Below are positions 62,612-64,000 of a stretch of DNA of 64,000 nt, one piece after another. The position numbers were made by a program, and so were the translations under genes. The stretch is from Lama guanicoe (lineage: Eukaryota). Positions within the stretch are counted from its first letter, which is position 1. Every line of letters starts with the position of its first letter. The notes below the pieces were generated by a model. It did not search any database and was not told the origin of the DNA. It saw nothing but the letters and a program-made list of their open reading frames with translations. The stretch covers positions 2,214,866 to 2,278,865 of the forward strand of contig MU053379.1 in the NCBI GenBank assembly GCA_013239625.1, given 5' to 3'.

Positions 62612-64000
62612 CGCCTCACTGGGACAAGAAGGCACGAAGCTGGGCTGGCCCCGCAGGAGACGGGGCTGCTTCTAGTTTCAGTGATGCTGGGGGTCCTGGC
62701 TGACTTCCGGGAGGCGGGGCAACATTCTTTTGGGATCTGATCCCCGTAGGTGTCCCTCTGAAATTCCCGGTGGTTGGAAGCGGATGCTCCCAAACCTGGC
62801 GAGGGCAGGACAGGTGGTTGGTGCTCCGCTCGGTGGCACACTTGTGCCCAGTTTGGACTTGAAAGCCCTCCTTAAAGTTCTTTATTATTTTCCTGTGCGA
62901 TTGTTTCCCTGGGCAGTTTAGGGTGTGAACAGAGAAGGAGTATTGGGTCTTTTCTAAGAAGGTGTCTGCCCCTCATCTCTTTATTAACAGCACGGTGAGG
63001 GGGGTTTCAGAGGCGCCCCTGGCTCTGGGCTACCCCACCTCCCTTCCACCCCCAGCCGCTTTCCCTGCGCCTGAGCAGAGGCGTGGAGGGAGGGTGGGAG
63101 TGGGGCCAGTGAGACAGGCAGGCTGATGCCGGTCTCCATTTAGGATTCTTTCCTCAACGCTTCTTATCCCCTTGGAGGATGAGGGCTGACAGGTGACGCG
63201 CTCCTGTCCCTCCCCCGGGTGGGAGCCCTCTCCTGGCTGTGGGATGCCCCCCCCCTCTGGAGTCTGGGATTCCTGCCTTAACACATGCTTAACATGTACT
63301 CTGTTACAGACAGCTTTCCTCTGGGCACATCTCATCCACCCAGTTAGGCTGGATGTCTTTGGCTAATGTCTTTCTGTAAACGGAGTGCAGGGAGACCTCA
63401 GGGCTTCAGGTCGTACGTCTGTGATCTAAACAATACAAGTAACCTCCTATGTTGAAATATTGGCTCGGGGCCACCCCCTTCTCTTAAACCCTGTTTCCGT
63501 GGGACTCTGGTACCTCCCGGAGGTGGAGTTGTATCGAAGAGCAGGGCTGTGGGAGGGCAGTGACCTCTTTCTATTTAGGGGTGCAGGGTGCACCTCGGAG
63601 GGGCCCTTCATCCTGTCCTGGGCGTCACCGAGTGTCGCGGTGGATGGGATGAGCGGTGACAGACGGGTCGGTTGGTGTGGGCTCAGGTCGAGTGGGGTTG
63701 GGTAGGAGGAGCGTCCTGTACAAAGGAGGAGAATCAGGAGGAGAGCGGGGCGTGTGGGGGAGACACGATTTACTCTTGCTCCACTGAGAGTGCGGGGTTC
63801 CCTGCAAGGGCCTGTGAAGTGTGGAGAGAGGGAGGCTGAGGTCCAGATGCTCTGAGGGCTTCGGGCCCTGCCAGGAGGGAGGAAGGGGCTGCACCTGCAG
63901 GACCGCGGAAGCCAGTTCAGGACAGCGTCACGCCCTGAAGGACCAGGCTGCGTGGAGAGATGGGGAGGGGCTGGGAGGGATCCCATCCTCCGGGGCCGCA

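Overview
Mammalian genomic DNA, most likely a camelid, judged from several tRNA-derived SINEs resembling the camelid Vic-1 family. The prokaryote-style ORF track is mostly spurious here. The left part holds the last three coding exons and the 3' UTR of SLC24A3 (NCKX3, K+-dependent Na+/Ca2+ exchanger) on the + strand: 585-697, 18054-18119 and 19858-20007, with AATAAA at 21558. About 30 kb of repeat-rich intergenic DNA follows (L1, L2, MIR, MER DNA transposons, solo LTRs). A CpG island at about 52.9-54.8 kb carries a 5' splice donor and is probably the RIN2 promoter/first exon, inferred from synteny. The most interesting item is an intronless, strongly diverged cTAGE5/MIA2-like retrocopy at about 49.6-51.1 kb. 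It keeps a 250-codon ORF (hydrophobic segment plus membrane-proximal coiled coil), its apparent ancestral ATG is one base out of frame, and it appears to carry a large in-frame internal deletion. Also notable are a solo LTR with seven CCAAT boxes and two octamers, antisense in the presumed RIN2 intron, and CpG-enriched ancient repeats. Repeat family names and protein homologies come from recalled consensus sequences, not from searches.
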